Origin: Blasia pusilla
Lineage: Eukaryota
DNA: 64,000 nt
Reading direction: 5' to 3'
Assembly (NCBI GenBank): GCA_050084515.1
Contig: CM114271.1
Coordinates: 19,778,001 to 19,842,000, forward strand
How positions within the stretch are numbered: the stretch's first letter is position 1; each line of letters starts with the position of its first letter. This document shows positions 62,101 to 64,000 of this stretch, piece by piece. Position numbers and translations under genes: made by a program. A model generated the notes under the pieces. The model made no database searches. It was given only the letters and a program-made list of their open reading frames with translations, and was not told the DNA's origin.

Positions 62101-64000
62101 AGCTCTGTCCCCTTTCAGCAGAACCTAGCCACAGACAAGGACCTTCATCCTGAAAGCTTTTGCACCCACAAGCTTAGATCCGTGGGTTGTGCTTCAGAGT
62201 TGTAGTTTGTGCCAAGTTGAGGAGTTGGTCTGTCTTTTATCACCTATGTCAGCCTTTTGCCTCTATACCAGTGGACAAATAATTGCCAATCTCTGCAGTC
62301 AGCTGAGCTGTCCCATCTTTTGAAACCTATTGCTTCATAATCCATGATCTCAACCCCACAAGCCATGGATGAACATGTACATAGTTTTCAGGGCTGGATG
62401 TTTTCAGGCTGTTTGTAAGGTTTCTCCTTGTTTGGATTGCATCTCATGTCTATGTTCAGAATGTATTTGTGTCGAAGACACATTGCTGTCACTCTGAGAT
62501 ATGGTGATGTGATGAGCTCTGCAGAAAGGAGCTATCCAGGGAGGTCGTGGATCTACTGATGGGTGCAGTAGAAGGGTCAAAGAGCTTGATGGATGCCAGT
62601 GACCGACTTGTGCTAAATGTGGAAGTTGCCCGGATATTTGGGGCCCTTGGATATGAGCGCAAAGCTGCTTTCTATGCTCGACAGGTGGCGCAGCTCTATC
62701 AACAGCAGGACAGCTGCTGGGCTGCAATGAGCGCCCTTCAAGTTCTTACACTAACTGCTAAGTCCTATCGAGTTCAAAGCAGGGCAGGAACCACTGCACG
62801 AGCAAAGAATTTGCTAGAAGTAAGACAAAAAAACCCTGTGTACTATTCTATGAGTGCCCCACATAGCATTTTTATTGATAAGCTTGGGAGGATCTGGGTA
62901 CTAGCAGTTTGTGTGAAGTGGTGGTTGATTAGTAAGCTACCTACCAGTAATATATCATAAAAAGTTCCAACAGGGACTGCAAAATCGTAGATTCCAAAGC
63001 AGGGCAAAAGCTAGTGCAAGGGTAAAGAATTTGCCGCAATTAAAATACCCTCAGCACTGTGTGTCCCTAATAGCATTTTTATTGAGAAGCCTAGGAGGAT
63101 GTGCATGTGAGCAGTATTTGTAGTGTATTGGTTAATTATTAAGGAACCTGCCAGTCACAAGGTATAAGAATTTCAAAGAATAGTAGTTAATGCCTGGGAA
63201 GTGAGTGGTCGCATTCTTGATAGATCAGTGGGTGAGCAATGGTTTGACAGTGTCTCATGGTATGAGAACCTCAAAGAAAAACTGCTCATGCTTTTTGTAA
63301 TTTTGCTTTGTAGTTTCTTCAAGATAAGGATGAGCCATCTGTCGCAAAGGATAATAAGGCCCAATACAACTCCTTGGAAGTGGGAGCAGATGGACAGTGG
63401 AGCACCTTGCAGATGGACATCCTTGGTGATATGCTCGCAGCTGCAGTCCGTGCAGGAGATCCATTAGCAGCATGGAGTGCTGCTGCCCGGTTGGTGAGGA
63501 GTCACTATCCACTCATCACCCCCAGTGCCCAATTTGGTCTTGCAACAGCTCTAACTACTGCTGCTGAGCGACTTCCTATGGGCACTCGCTGCCCTGATCC
63601 TGCTCTACCTTTTGTCAGGTTTGTTGCGATCCATGCTGTGTTCTTGTGTTCCCTTACATGGCTTATGTAAGTGGAGTTTTTCACATGTTCTGATTTTTTG
63701 TGAAGAATTTTCTTTGTTATGATAAGGCTGGGGCCTCCAGCAACTCAAGAATCCAAGTTCTTATGTTCCTGGTCTTGGAAGGAATGTGGTTTTAACCCTG
63801 TGAATGAGCGCCTTCAGGCTTTGCTTTTAAAGAAATAACGATTTTGTAGGGTATGTGTCTCGTAATGACTTGATGTGAACAATAGAATTACATCTCTAAC
63901 AGGATTGGAGTTCTTGTGACATGTCTTTTTCCAGACTTCATTCTTATCCAGGCCTCCCTCCAGACATGGAAGTGGTGAAACGAACGCCAGGCAAGAAAGA
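59173..64000 (+). CDS. TRS120: TRAPPII subunit TRS120/TRAPPC9, 3'-partial (exons ~59173-59583, 59941-60144, 60281-60463, 60830-60912, 61869-61928, 62525-62819, 63313-63618, 63935-end)
   Basis: FYKEHQKSPFAQQPW, GGAPRSPWEDFQANRK, GRVQKTIGDYCLLAGSPVDANAHYSTA, FELEATLKLARFLC, GYERKAAFYARQVA, AGDPLAAWSAAARL; GT-AG junctions. Confidence 0.92.
61189..61842 (+). repeat. Intronic 307-bp tandem duplication (61189-61495, 61536-61842) with a telomeric filler
   Basis: Two near-identical copies separated by gtttagggtttagggtttagg-atgtatactgat-ccaagtg. Confidence 0.92.

Overview
Eukaryotic, intron-containing plant nuclear DNA, probably from a non-seed plant or streptophyte (inferred from TTTAGGG repeats and gene content; the species cannot be determined). 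There are three host genes: a class II RNase T2 (1986-5471, +, with a 4-nt microexon in the active-site motif), the AP-1 adaptor mu subunit (14842-18107, -) and TRS120/TRAPPC9 (59173 to the window end, +). Between AP1M and TRS120 lies a ~37 kb transposon nest: three related Ty3/gypsy-type retroelements, two Helitron-type remnants and an inverted copy of the AP1M 5' region. The main result is the architecture of the retroelements. They have circularly permuted repeats (A-internal-B-A-B) instead of two LTRs, with an internal GACA-nn-TGTC junction; elements B and C show the full layout and element A keeps only the 3' B-A-B module. B and C also have 4-bp target-site duplications and a Tf1-like self-priming site instead of a tRNA PBS. 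The full-length copy carries a DNMT3-like cytosine methyltransferase inside pol, and the integrase ends in a PHD finger. This fits DDE-integrase insertion of a 2-LTR circle, which is an inference from the structure.
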